Part shown: in pieces, positions 24,901 to 36,459 of the stretch
Layout of the letters: the number at the start of each line of letters is the position of its first letter
Numbering within the stretch: the first letter of the stretch is position 1
Assembly: GCA_043228905.1 (NCBI GenBank)
Contig: JBHGNT010000001.1
Coordinates: forward strand, 12,896,001 to 12,960,000
Length of the DNA stretch: 64,000 nt
Source: Azolla caroliniana
Lineage: Eukaryota; Plantae; Polypodiophyta
Direction of reading: 5' to 3'
Made by a program: the position numbers and the translations under genes
The notes under the pieces: model-generated
Database searches by the model: none
Told to the model about the DNA's origin: nothing
Seen by the model: only the letters and a program-made list of their open reading frames with translations

Positions 24901-27900
24901 AGCCTCAAGGGCCCTTGGCAAACATATTCACAGATATGTCCCCGCATCCGGATCTCGCTCCGGGTACATTCGTCATCCGGCTCCGAAGCCGGGGTCTTCA
25001 TCATCCGGTTCCGAAACCGAAACCGGGCTTGTCGGCATTCATCTCCGATATCCGACCATCCCATCCGAAGGGACCGTAATCCCAACACGTATCATCCGGC
25101 TATGCCACCTTATTTGGCCCAGGAACCGGCTTAAAGCCTTTGCGTTACTTGGTGCTGGTGCATCGAGAATCGCCTTGACTTTATCCGGATCTACCGCGAT
25201 TCCTTCCTTACTCACCACGTGCCCTAGCAAGTTGCCGCTTGCCACTCCAAAGACGCACTTGGCCGGATTCAGGCTCAATCGGTACTTGCGGCACTTCTCC
25301 AAGCACAGTCGGAGGTGATCGAGATGCTCTCCGTGCCGGCTGTAGACCGCGAAATCGTCAAGGAAGACCTGCATAAAACCGGGGATATATTCCCCGAAAA
25401 TTTCCATTATTATCCTTTGAAAGGTCGCTGGAGCCATCTTTAGTCCGAACATCATTACGACCGCGACGAACACTCCCCATTCCGTCACGAACGCTGTCTT
25501 CTCTTGGTCGGCCGGGTTCATTCGTATTTGGTTGTAGCCGCTAAATCCATCCAGGAAGCTGTAAACTTCGTGGCCGGCTACCGCATCTAACACCCCGTCC
25601 GTAAATGGTAGTGGAAACGCATCGGTCACTGTTGCGGCATTTAGTTTTCGGTATTCCACGCATACCCGGATTTTCCCGTTCTTTTTCGGGACCACCACTA
25701 TCGGACTCAGCCAGGTTGCCTGCTTGACCGGTCGGATAAATCCGACCCGGAGGAGCTTATCAATTTCCTCCTTCACCTTTGCCGCATTATTCGGATTCAT
25801 CCGGTACCTGCGTTGAGCAATCGGTTTCGCGTCCGTACTTAGGTGAATTTGGTGCTGATAGAGCTGGGGGTCCAGCCCTCGCATGTCTTCGTACGACCAC
25901 GCGAACACATCCTTGAAGTCTGTTAACAATGCTACCATTGCCTTCTTTTCTTCCTTCGGCAATTCCTTTGCAACATTTACTGGTCGGGGCTTGTCTGTTG
26001 TGCCGAGGTCCACCTCCTCGAGTTGGGATGCTTTTACCCTCTGGGATATCGTCATTTCCCTCTCTAGGGATTCCTGCGCTTGTCGTAGTTCCCGGATCGC
26101 CGCTTGGTCCGGTTCTTCCGGCGTCGTAATGTACGGTTCTACTGCCGCCGTGATATCCACCTCAAATAGTGGGACGATTCGTGGGTGTTCCTCGAGGTAC
26201 CGCTCGACTTCCTCGTCCGGTAATCCCTCCAACATGTTAATGCTTTCCGCATACAATGGAGTTGCTTCCTTACTGGTGATCACCCGTGGTTGCGTCGTTA
26301 CTCGTACCTTTGTTTTCCCTCGCCGGAATGTGATCATGTTCTTTTGCCAGTTCTGCTTGATATGCGCCGTTCGCAGCCATGGTCGTCCTAGCAGTAGGGG
26401 GTACACGCCTTGTACATTCAGCTGCAGCACCACGGCCGATATCCGGAATCCGTGGCCTCCGATCGTGATTTCCAAATCCCGGATAAGCCCGGTCGGTCGG
26501 ACTGAGCTAGTATCCGCCATGCGTAACCAGAAGGGGCATGGTTCCCATTCCCGGATGCCCAGGTCGTTGCATGTCTGTTGGCTGATGACATTTACCCCGG
26601 AGCCTCCGTCAATAATCGTTCCAGCAATTTCCTTTCCTTTCACGATTGTCGTGATTGCCGGACTACTTGTATCGACCACCGCTGGTCCTTCCTCCGGGTT
26701 GGAGAAGAATGCCGGTGCTGGCGTCGGCTTCGGTTTGCTGACGGATGCCTGTAGGTCTGCCGTAAATCGTGGCACTAACTGTAGTAGTCGTGCTAACGGC
26801 AGCACGATTTGACAGTCCTGTAGCGCTTGCCACGTCGGGTTCTCGCCTGGCTGTATGATTTCTTCGTCTTTTGGCATATTTTGGTCTCTTACTTCTGCCG
26901 CATTCTGTTCATTGGCCTCCTTGATCCATTGTGTCGCTTGTTTTCTGATTGCCTCCTGGGCCTCCCACTCGGCGGTCTTTCCCTTTGACCGGGTTGTGAC
27001 CTGCTGTACTTCTGTTATTTCGGTTGTAACCATGTTGACTTCCGGCTGCTTGTCATAGCTTTTGCTTGGGCATTGGTTACTATAGTGGCCTTCCTTGCGG
27101 CAGTAATAACAGTACACCTTGTGACTGTTGCTCGTTTCTCCTTTGTCCCCGGTTTGGAGGGTGGGTATGCTCCGGCAGTCGTCTTCGGTTTTTCAGTTAT
27201 CCGGTACGGATACCGGGTTGTCATTCCTTGCTGCCTCCCGACGTTCCTCTCTTCGGAAAAATCCACGCTTCTGATTCCGTCGGAAATTTCGGTTCCCTTG
27301 TCGCCTCTCTTCTCCGCGTCGGTCGTATTCCGGGGCTCCGTCTCGGTCGTACCGGTCCCGGGGGTAGCTTTCTTTGCGTCTCTCCTCTCGGTCATAGTTG
27401 TCGCGTCTTCTATCAGCGTATCCTTGTCGCCTCTCTTCTCCGCGTCTGTCGTCTTCCGGGGATTCGTCTCTATCATACCGGTCCCGAGGGTAGCTATCTC
27501 TGCGTCTCTCCTCTCGGTCATAGTTGCCGCGTCTTCTATCAGCGTATCTGTTACCGCGTTCGCGTTGGTAGCGGTCGTCTCTCCGGAATCGATCCTCGTC
27601 CGGGTTCTGATTGCGCGGTTCTATGTGTCGAACCGGTGCTGCCTGCCGATTTAACAGGTTGTATTCGCATCGGTCCGTTGTATGGGCTCGAGAGTTGCAG
27701 ATCACACATTGTGTCCGCAGGGTGCAGTCTACTGTTGAGTGCCCCGAATTTAGGCATGTTGTACATTGTAAGGCCTGTCGGAACCTCAGGTCTTCCTCTT
27801 TTGGGAGTGCCCGGTGTAACATCCCCATCGACAAGAAGGGGCTAGTCTTGTCCATTTCTAAAACCCGATCAATAACTTGGTCCATTGTGCTGGTTTGGAA

Positions 27901-30758
27901 ATCAAGGACTCCGCACATTGTTTGAAGTGGCTCTTTCAGTGCGGCCAGAAAGACTGCTTTGGCTTCGTCTTCGGGTGGTGCTCTTGTCAGTTGGCTGTGC
28001 AGGGTCTGGAACCGAATGATGAATTGTGACATAGTCTCGTTTTCTTCCTGCCGGGTGGTGTAGAACTGCCCGACCAATTCCCTTTGCTCAAATTGTCTGT
28101 GAAAAAACCTGAGGAATCTGGCCTTCAAGGCATCGAATGTGGCAAAGGTGCCTGGTAAGTGCTTTGCGTGCCATTGGGCCGCCGGCCCTTCTAAGGTTAT
28201 GCCGAATTCGGCGATTTTGGATCGTTCGGCTTCGGGCTCCGTTAGTCTTTGGGAGATATGGTTGGCTTCCCATGTTTGGAGGAATGCGTACACGTGTGCC
28301 TCCGCGTCGGCCTCATCCCGGTACTTTGGGTATGGGTACGGCATCGTGTCGTCCAACTGACTCTCCTGTTCCCTATCCGCTGTTGGCATTGGTGTGCGAA
28401 CCTTTGGTTCCTCCGCGGGTGTTGTCGGTGTCCGGTCCGTTGGTTCCTCCGCGGGTGTTGTCGGTATCCGCTCCTTCGGTTCCCTCGCGGTTGTTGTCGG
28501 TATCCGGTCAGCCTTCCTCGGCGGTTGCCGGTCACCAAATTCCAGGGTTATTTCTTCCTCTGGCGCCGGTGTTACTGAGTCTTCCGACCCCTCGTCCTCC
28601 CGGTCGTTTGGTGTGTCGTGGCTGCTTTTATACCGGGATGCAACGCTTCCGTCACTTTCCGACTCCGCCTCAAGTGTTGCGAATGCTTCCGAGTCCCCGT
28701 CGCCCGCGGCGAGCGTCTGCAGTATCGTTTCCGCCTCTTGCAGGCTTGTTATACTACTGCCTTCGTCAGGGATTTGCAGAACCCGGAACTGTAGTGCTTC
28801 TTCTGCGACTCTCCGAAGAGTTTTGGAGAATGACCGATCCCGCCGGATCTCGTCGACGGCTTGCTGCAGGGCTTCCCGTCGTTGCTCGCGTTCGGTGTAT
28901 CGTCTCCCTCGTTCGGTGATGTGGTCGTCGTTTGGTCTAGACATCCATCCCCCGGTTGTCCTCTGCACTTTGCAGGAATCGTGGTCGCCAAAATAGTGTT
29001 GTCTGTCTGGCCGGACTAGCCTCAACACAGGTGTCTATCCGACACTTCTCCAAAGGGGTGGTAAGGATTGGATGCTAGATTATACGCATAAGATGATTAC
29101 AATTAAGCACGGACGGCAAACAATACGAGATACAAATAAATACACAATAAGTACTATTGTATTACTTCCGTCGAAACACTTTACAAATCATCGGATCCTT
29201 TTATAGGCATCCGGCAAGGTTACAATCGGTGCGCTTAGGCAACCGACATCCGAATCGGTTCGGATCCGGATCGGTACAACTATACCGAATCCGTCCCTCC
29301 GAATAATAATTCTACTATTACTTCCTATTATCCGATCCGCCTTCCCACTTGTCCTTGCTCTTCTGACCGGCCAACAGATCGCGGGGAATTGGACGCCGAA
29401 GAGGCCGAGGAGCTGTTCGACCGGCTAGGAGTCAAGCTCTCGCTTACCACTGCGTACAATCCGGAGGCGAATGGAAAGGTGGAGCGCGGACACGGACCGA
29501 TCGTCAAGGCGTTAGTTCGGGCATGCAGAGGTCGAGTCGGGAACTGGCTGCGGCTACTGCCTTACGCGTTGTGGGCTGACCGGACTACGCACAGTTCGGT
29601 AACCGGATTCATGCCGGCAGAGCTCATGTTTGGGCAGAAGTCGATCATGTCGATCGAACGTACGGTCTCCTCATGGGCAACCGTGGACTGGAGAGACGAG
29701 ATGAGCCGGGAGGAACTGCTGACGGCGCGCATACGACAGCTCGAGCGGAGACCGGAGGACGTGGAGTAGGCTGCGGAAAAGCTTCGGGAAGCAAGGATGA
29801 GGAACAAAGCCCGGTTCGACCGAACACACCGGCTCCGACCGAAGAAGATCGAGGAAGGCGACTGGGTGCTAGTCTACGACAGCGGCCTCGACAACCAGCA
29901 CCGAGCGACATGGAAGTTCGCAAGAAGGTGGTTCGGGCCTTACGTGGTACAAAGCGCCAACGACAACGGGACGTACCATCTGGCGGAACTCGACGGTACG
30001 AGAATGACGATACCAGTAGCTGGGAAGCGGATCAAGACGTTCAAGAAGCGTCACGACGACGAGCCGGATCAGGTTGACTTGGACCGCGACGACAAGCGAT
30101 CCGAAACCGAGGAAGAACCGACGGGCGGGGAATGAAGGCTGGACCGGGTTTCTCCGTCCCAACACAATTTGGCGCATGCCGGTGGATGCGCGGTTAGGTG
30201 GGGGCGGATGTCGTGAAGAAAACCGTCCACAAGCGGAATCGGTGTACCGGGGCGTAGAAACTGACTCTTCATGCACATGCGCCTTAAGTTGTACATAGGA
30301 GATCCTAGGTAGATTCGATAGGTAGGGAGTAAAGGGGAAACGGCTCCTTCCTTGCCTATAAAAGGAGGGAGACGAGGAGAGTAAGGGATCGCGGAGAGTC
30401 GAGGACGAAGTGTTGTCGGTTTGCGTGCGAAGGCTTCTCTCTCTCTCTCTTTCTGGTTGCAAACGCCATAGCTTCCTACTGTGCAGGTTTCGGGAGGCCC
30501 GCGCTGCTCTGAGGAATGCCCGAGTGCTTCCGGCAGCACCTCCAACCTACTCATCCCCCTCTGTGCGCTTACGAACAGGTATCGGCATCTGTTCGCCGGC
30601 CTGTTCGGTTGTAACCGACTTCGTGTTTTGTTGTCTTCGTGTTCTTGTTGTTTGTCTTGTCAATACATACATACTTTCGTGTCTTTCTGTGTCGCTGTCC
30701 CACTCGCGTCTTTGCGTCGAAGGGCCGTGTCCCTGTGAATCCACGCTCGCACGTAGTG

Positions 30759-30794
<36 letters not shown>

Positions 30795-31511
30795 TCTTCG
30801 GTACAGGACCCCCGAGGTCCCGCCTCACTCCACGCATCCGCGAGGAATACCTCGACAACGTTTTCCTACCCCATCTCCCGGAAAGACATCTAGGAAGTCT
30901 AAAAGCACACTAGTCGGCTTAGTAGACTCGAAACAAACAAAATGTAAAGTCACGGGATAAAATCCTTTCAAACTATTGTTTGTCCACCCATCAAATGTTA
31001 TAGCATATCTAAAATTTTGTGAGGACAAATAAGTGATAACTAAATGGCGAAGAACAACATACATTCGTAACACTAATCTCTTAAGTGTACGAGATGATTT
31101 AAGTTCATAAGTGGGCAAGACTTCATGCATTAATCTCTTAAAACTAGAAGACTCAATATGTGCATGAGGTAGCATTGATGTGACTATGTATCTAACAATA
31201 GTACTATCAAACTTCTTCTCTAGAGTAAGAGATATACCTAATGTAGATGAAGTAGCATCTATGTTACTTTGGACAAGAACATTGCTAGAAGTTTGTGGTT
31301 GTGATGTGCTATTAATATTATGCTTATCTGATAAATGCTTGGCGATAGAACCTGTAGATGTAGAGCTTGCCCACAACAAGTGACAATAGGCACATCGACG
31401 CTTGTATGCATCTCCATCCTTAATGGAGATCATGTGTTGCTCAGTCCATGATGTTCTTTTTCTTGCCTTTGTTTTGCCTCTAGGGGCTGATATTGATGTC
31501 GCCGACTCCAT
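6992..31511 (-). CDS. hAT transposase, 3 exons, interrupted by B (31511-30858 + 8503-7731; 7653-7387; 7286-6992; 662 aa when rejoined)
   Basis: BED finger CAYC..HLSDKH; motifs ITFDGWT, TTSDGAS, RCMVH, TRWNST; dimerisation domain LAIPASSVPSE. GT-AG introns keep the frame. Confidence 0.9.
8508..9148 (+). repeat. 5' LTR of B
   Basis: Near-identical to 30209-30857; contains CTATAAAA and CT microsatellites. Confidence 0.97.
9153..9170 (+). promoter_or_regulatory. Primer-binding site, tRNA-Trp
   Basis: TGGTGAACCCGACGTGAA is complementary to the plant tRNA-Trp 3' end (..TTCACGTCGGGTTCA-CCA, from memory). Repeated in E at 49756-49773. Confidence 0.85.
9193..11319 (+). pseudogene. Element B gag-protease ORF with two in-frame stops
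   Basis: Zinc knuckle CMWCDEVGHIRKDC; protease ALVDHGSEINL. TAG at 10459-10461 and TGA near 10600 are sense codons in E. Confidence 0.9.
11310..11376 (+). promoter_or_regulatory. -1 ribosomal frameshift signal (G GAT TTT plus H-type pseudoknot)
   Basis: Heptamer directly before the gag-PR stop; the -1 frame is open into pol; conserved in A and E. Confidence 0.8.
11424..14029 (+). CDS. Element B pol (RT-RNaseH-integrase N-terminal part), cut by insertion C
   Basis: GDLYSGYDQF, PQGGTNS, PFLDD, VDTS, integrase H..H..CESC and DLVTMP. Continues at 29382. Confidence 0.93.
14030..14409 (-). repeat. 3' LTR of C
   Basis: About 3 substitutions versus 28997-29376. TATA (CCTATAAAAGG) on the minus strand. 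Confidence 0.97.
14412..14427 (+). promoter_or_regulatory. Inverted PBS-like site (tRNA-Arg type) at the position where a PPT is expected
   Basis: TGGCACGCCCGTGGGA lies 2 nt from the LTR; conserved in G at 60671-60686. Confidence 0.7.
14459..17590 (-). CDS. Extra ORF of C: plant-transposon-protein-like domain, Pro-rich linker, long coiled coil and acidic tail; one in-frame TGA
   Basis: ORFs 16136-17653 and 14459-16120 are in the same frame. The TGA at 16136-16138 aligns with Arg in the G homolog. Confidence 0.8.
17815..19862 (-). CDS. Element C RNase H-integrase (small frameshifting deletion near 19790)
   Basis: FVDASD, YSTTEREAL, integrase H..H..CDLC, WGLDFVGP, YYPQANGLAE, WTGPF. Confidence 0.92.
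19868..25087 (-). mobile_element. Ty1/Copia retrotransposon D (Tork/Tnt1-like)
   Basis: 602-bp LTRs 19868-20469 and 24486-25087. TSD CGTAT. PBS TGGTATCAGAGC (tRNA-iMet) near 24471-24482; PPT AAGGGGGAG near 20472-20480. Confidence 0.97.
20480..24456 (-). CDS. Copia D gag-PR-INT-RT-RH polyprotein, frameshifted by a deletion in RNase H
   Basis: 1226-aa ORF with CFHCGKPGHFRKNC, WVVDSGAS, HTDVC, LYVDDML. The RH tail is in another frame (20480-20830). Confidence 0.95.
25088..28944 (-). CDS. Element C gag-PR-RT (single in-frame TGA at 27193-27195)
   Basis: Three CX2CX4HX4C knuckles; protease IIDGGSG; RT motifs. Gag and pol are in the same frame. Confidence 0.9.
27296..27548. repeat. 126-bp (42-aa) tandem duplication in C gag
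   Basis: YADRRR.NYDREERR..SYPRDRYDRD..PE.DRRGEERRQG occurs twice. Confidence 0.85.
28380..28510. repeat. 36-bp tandem repeat in C gag (R.PTTPAEEP..)
   Basis: About 3.5 copies of a GGTTCCTCCGCGGGTGTTGTCGGT-like unit. Confidence 0.8.
28978..28990 (-). promoter_or_regulatory. Canonical PBS of C (tRNA-Arg type)
   Basis: TGGCGACCACGAT, 6 nt downstream of the 5' LTR; complementary to a ..GTGGTCG-CCA tRNA-Arg end (from memory). Confidence 0.7.
28997..29376 (-). repeat. 5' LTR of C
   Basis: Direct repeat of 14030-14409. Confidence 0.97.
29382..30135 (+). pseudogene. Element B integrase C-terminal part with TAG at 29767-29769
   Basis: AYNPEANGKVER and WFGPY motifs; colinear with E. Confidence 0.9.
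30209..30857 (+). repeat. 3' LTR of B
   Basis: Follows the PPT GGTTAGGTGGGGGCGGA; about 11 substitutions versus the 5' LTR. Confidence 0.97.
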
Positions 31512-32062
31512 ATAAATGTATGTGTGTTGATTGAGTTGGTCAGCAAAAGAGATAATGGTGGGTGTGTGTGCCTGACAATAAAATGTTGTAATATCAATAA
31601 GTGAACTTAAAATCCATTATGGATTATTAGTTTTACTTGGTTACATATGAATATGAATATGGTAAAAACCTATTCATATTCATATGTAACCAAGTAAAAA
31701 CCTATTCATATTCATATGTAACCAAGTAAAAACCTATTTCCTTTATGTAGATGATTATGAATATGGTAAAAACCTATTTCCTTTATGTAGATGATTGCTA
31801 GTAAAAAGCTCATCCTATCTTTTCCAACAATAAAAATATCCTACTCTAATCGTGAGTTATTACATTGTGCCACAGTGTATGTCATATGAGGTAAAGTATT
31901 TGACTATACCATTATTCATATATGTGTATAATTTTATTGTGAATCTTACTTCGTATATGTCTACATTGTAGACTGTAGTGACAAATGCACGCAGGCGGCA
32001 ACAGCAGGTTCTCGTCTTCCACTTTGTAGTATCTACTATTTAGAGTGCAGCTCTGAGCTGAC

Positions 32063-32420
<358 letters not shown>

Positions 32421-32559
32421 CACTTAAACGGCTTAAACGGCTTAGCCGGCTTGAGCCGGTTTGGCGAGGCTCAAGCCAAGCCAAGCCGAGCCGCCAAGCC
32501 GTTTTCAAGCCGACTAAGCCAAACGGTTTAGGCTTGAGCCGAGCCGTTGCCGATCCCTA

Positions 32560-32752
32560 ATCCTCTCCCCTCGTAACTCTCCCTACATATGCAATGTCTA
32601 TTTCTTCATTAATGTCCTGACTACCTAGTACCCCTCTGTATACTCATGCCTAGTAGTTTCCCTAGCTAATTCTCTCGAGGCGTGCACTCGCGTAAACCGG
32701 TGTTCCTGGCATTTCACCTTGTTTCTACCTATGGCTCGAAATCTTCACGACA
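32560..32752 (-). repeat. 5' LTR of A, second piece
   Basis: Matches 59-252; ends TTCACGACA. Confidence 0.92.
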
Positions 32753-33256
32753 ACATGCCATGGCATTGTCCCACAAGCGTGCTAGGTGTTGTCCGCCGGA
32801 ATAGTAACCGACGGACAAGAGCGCAGTAATATAGAATAGAGTAATATTGTAACGCATGTAAACGGTTCACACGGGAAGCGTGAACGGCTAAAAGACCCTG
32901 CGTATATAAAGGGCAGAAAACCTCTGAGAGAGGTAGCATGTAATTTTGAATGTAAAAGGTGTATTTTAATAGAGTTCTATCTTCTCTGATTCCTGTGCGT
33001 ATCTGTGGTTAATCTACTGTGTGTTTGTGATTCTTGGGTGGCGTAGCTCAGTCGTAAGAGTGTAGGCGTGAGTAACAGTGTGGTTGCTAGTCCACTGTCT
33101 AAGGAGTTCGGTTGTAGCCGTCTACCTTATACACTACTAGGATACGGGTGGTATCCCACTAAGTATTACGCTACGACGATACCATTCGTTGCAACACAGT
33201 CACTTTGAGGTCTAGGTCGAAGGACTGACCATAGACCGTGTTCCTAATTGGTAACA
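32753..33256 (+). mobile_element. Probable ends of two older LTRs (to 33196 and to 33256)
   Basis: TATATAAA near 32904, a GT-rich tract, and termini GTTGCAACA and GGTAACA. Copia F coding sequence resumes abruptly at 33257. Confidence 0.5.
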
Positions 33257-36114
33257 CTTCGTGTCTACTTGACACACATCGGTATGCACCAACTCCAATG
33301 GTGCATTCCGTCTCAGCGGTGGTCTTGATTGGAAGGAGGTTCGGTTTTGCTTGCCAGCCAAGCAGTCGGTGCACTTCTCAAGTTGCACATCCTTCACCAG
33401 AATGAGGTTGTCTTCAGCAAGCCTCTTCATCCCCTTCTCACTCATGTGACACAGTCTTCTATGCCACAACTCACCGGCAGTGTCAAATGCTATGTTCACT
33501 TCTTCTCGACATATCCTGGGATGCATCAAGTATAGTGTGTTGACCTTTCGGGCTCAAGCCACTATTAAGCTCCCTTTGCAGAACTTTATGACACCGTTCC
33601 GGATGCTACCTATGTAGCCTTCGTCATCTAGCCGACCGGTTGATATCAGATTCAGTCTAACCTCCGGAACGTGTCGGACATCCTTCAACAACAACTTGCA
33701 TCTGGTTGATGTCGTCAATAGCACATCTCCTATGCCGACAATTCGGCATGTCCCTTCATTCCCCATCCGAACACAGTCGTGCTCACCAGCTGTGTAGGAT
33801 GAGAAGCATTTCCGGTCCGGGGTAAGGTGGAACGACGCTCCGGAATCGACAACCCACGTTCTCTCGTCGACGGCAAGGTTCAACTCACTCTCCTCGGTGA
33901 TGAGCATTAGTTCTTCTTCACTTGCCGCGATTGTCGTCGTTCCCTTCTGGTCCGGACCTCGTCGATCCGAACCGTTTCGGTCCGTTGACTTCTTCGAATC
34001 GGTACTGTAGGTTCCCTTGTCTTTCCAGAAATGCCGACAGTTCTTCTTGAAGTGCCCCGGCTTGCCGCAATAGAAGCAAGTGGGCCTCCCCCTTGACTTT
34101 GATCGTGTCCCCGACTTTTCCCGGTTCTAGGGACTCCAATTCCTTTGTCTTCCGCGTTCCAATTCGGTAAGAAGGATTTTGGCGTCAGAGATCACCTCCT
34201 TGTCTTTCCGACGCGCCTCCTCATCTAGCAAGCTCGACTTGACTCTTGCTAGGGATAGTTTTTTTCCTTCCGGCCCGGCGTTGCCCAACGTGACAACTAA
34301 CGTCTCCCAACTATCCAGGAGGGAACCGAACAGGAGTAGAGCAAGTACCTCATCAGCGAGAGGTACTTCCAACGAGGTTGCTTGGTGTATCAGCCCCTGG
34401 AAGGCATTCATGTGCTCCGCCATACTTGAGCCATCTTGGTATCGGAGCCTCACTAGCTTCCAAAATACCGAAACCCGATTAATAGCATTCTTGTTTTGGA
34501 ACATGATTTCAATCTTCTCCTAGAGTTCATGAGCCTTGCTCTCTTTATTGAAGTTGTTGTACAGGCTCATGTCGATTAAGCACCGGATGTATGCCGTCGT
34601 CTTCATGTGCGTCACCTCCCACACCATTGTCGTGAAGATTTCCGGCTACGGTGAGAAAACCGGGAGGGACAAATAAATGGGGATGTGCAACATTGCACAT
34701 GCACTTGTAAATTTGTATGATGAGAATAAGATAACAAAATGTAAAGGGGAAGGGTAATAATCTAAGGTGGTAAAGGTGCACCACGAAGTTCGTAGAGGCA
34801 TAAATGTGATGTGCACTTTGTAGAGTAGAATGAGTAGTGGGCATTGAGAGTGAATGTGATAGGAGAGAGAGAGTTAAGGCCCACCGATTTAAGATCAAGG
34901 GAGATATTCCCCATTAAAGGAAAGGGGATTTGACTCCCTCTTGTAATGTGTTCACCCCTTACTACTATAAAAGGGAGTGAGGGGTCACTTGTGAAGGGGT
35001 TGCCTATTTTGAGTGAGAGAGGTATACCACTTAGGTTGAGGGTTCTATTTGGGGTTTTAGGGTTTCTTCTAGGGTTTTCTTCTTGGGTTTCTTTTAGGGT
35101 TTTTATGCTTCTTTGTTTACTTATCCGGTTAGGGTTTTCTTGTAATCATTTTGGTGCGGCCTATGGGGTCTTGGTTGTAATCGTTCGTGGAATCTTAATA
35201 TAACTTGTTGTGTATCTTGCCTACATCTATTATATTCTATGTTTATGTGCTATTCTTCCTCTTCTCCTCTTGAGCTAAGCTTCCATTTTGTGTCTTATTC
35301 CTTCTCCTCTACTCCCTAGTCCAAGACCCCCGTGGTCCCGCCTCGGATCCTACATGCGCTCGCGGAATACCACGACACCGTGGCGTCAATCTTATCCGAT
35401 CTCTTGTTCCCGAACTGAACCGGCAACCAAAGATCTTTAACCACCAACATGTCCCTCATCTTCGACTTCCACACTGAGTAGTTGGAGCCGGTGAGCTTGA
35501 ACATGCCGCTGTAAGATTCTTCCATTTCCTGTGTTGTTGGCTCTGATACCAATTTGAAGAGAAATGCGCAGAATATCGCTCAGCCACAACCGAGTAGTAA
35601 AACACTTCTATAAGAATCAAACACAGAAATGGGAAGTGGTGAGTACACAACAAAAAAAAAGGACATCAGATGTTTACGTGGAAAACCCTAATAGGGAAAA
35701 ACCACAGGAGCCCACAGACTCTGAACTATCACTATGAAGAGAACAGGGGGGTACAATCAGAGACTCGGAGGTAGCGACCTCGAGCTCTCTTCCTTCGCAC
35801 AGTGGCGGTTACAACATAGTATCGCTCTGTATCTCTCTCTCTCCCTCTTTGTACAACAGTTACAACAATATTCAACAACACAATCACACACTACTACATA
35901 AAGTGATTGCCCTAAGTCATATTTATAGTTATATGAACTTAGGGCTAATTACAAATATAGCCTCAATGGGCTTATTCAAGACATATTTACAAATCTGTCT
36001 TTTCTTCCGGTTCTCACTGGGTCCACCGATCCGGTTTCTGGATCTCTTCGGGTTCTCACCGGGTCCTCTTTATTCATCATCAGATCCCATCCGGAGAGAC
36101 CGATTTTCCCAACA
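33257..36114 (-). mobile_element. Ty1/Copia F (Tork-like), 5' half, degenerate
   Basis: LTR 35555-36114; PBS TGGTATCAGAGC at 35540-35551; gag, WVVDSGAS, LWHRRLCH, ELVHTDVC. Confidence 0.9.
34628..35377 (+). mobile_element. Solo LTR (750 bp) related to the A/B/E family, inserted in F gag
   Basis: TGTCGTGAAG..GAATACCACGACA termini; CTATAAAAG; flanks CCAT/CCGT. Confidence 0.88.
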
Positions 36115-36186
36115 GTAATTACAATCTTCATAATACAAAGTTGAATCACTAGAAACATAAACACTCACTCATTCTTATATTAGTAT

Positions 36187-36459
36187 CATAGTATGAACCA
36201 TACGTACCATACGTGTATTCGCATTCACGAAAGTTTCAATAATTCGCGTAAGAAAAACACACTCAAAGAATGATAAATTCCATACTTTTGGATTAACTAT
36301 TTATTATGAGGTAAATAAGCCTAAAAAATGGAAAAATACGAAGAAAAAAAAATTAGAAAATGGGAAAAAACACAAGAATGTTTGAATAACATTCACATTC
36401 GTTTTCCAACGTAGGAAAACGAATGTTATGCCAGATGAACACGAATTTTACATACTATG
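36187..36459. mobile_element. hAT-type MITE
   Basis: TIR CATAGTATG; perfect 8-bp TSD ATTAGTAT. Confidence 0.8.

Larger units (their letters stand above)
14030..29376 (-). mobile_element. Athila/OTA-like Ty3/Gypsy retrotransposon C with 3' extra ORF, interrupted by Copia D
   Basis: 380-bp LTRs 14030-14409 and 28997-29376. 5-bp TSD GATCG. RT motifs FLDGFSGYNQI and VFLDDF; no second RNase H and no chromodomain seen. Confidence 0.95.
8508..30857 (+). mobile_element. Ty3/Gypsy LTR retrotransposon B (same family as A and E), full length, interrupted by C
   Basis: LTRs 8508-9148 and 30209-30857 (TG..CA). 4-bp TSD ACGT. PBS 9153-9170, PPT 30192-30208. Confidence 0.97.

Noticed and set aside
27256-27266. 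GGATTTTT as a frameshift site in C gag
   Set aside because: Wrong phase, and gag and pol are already in the same frame.
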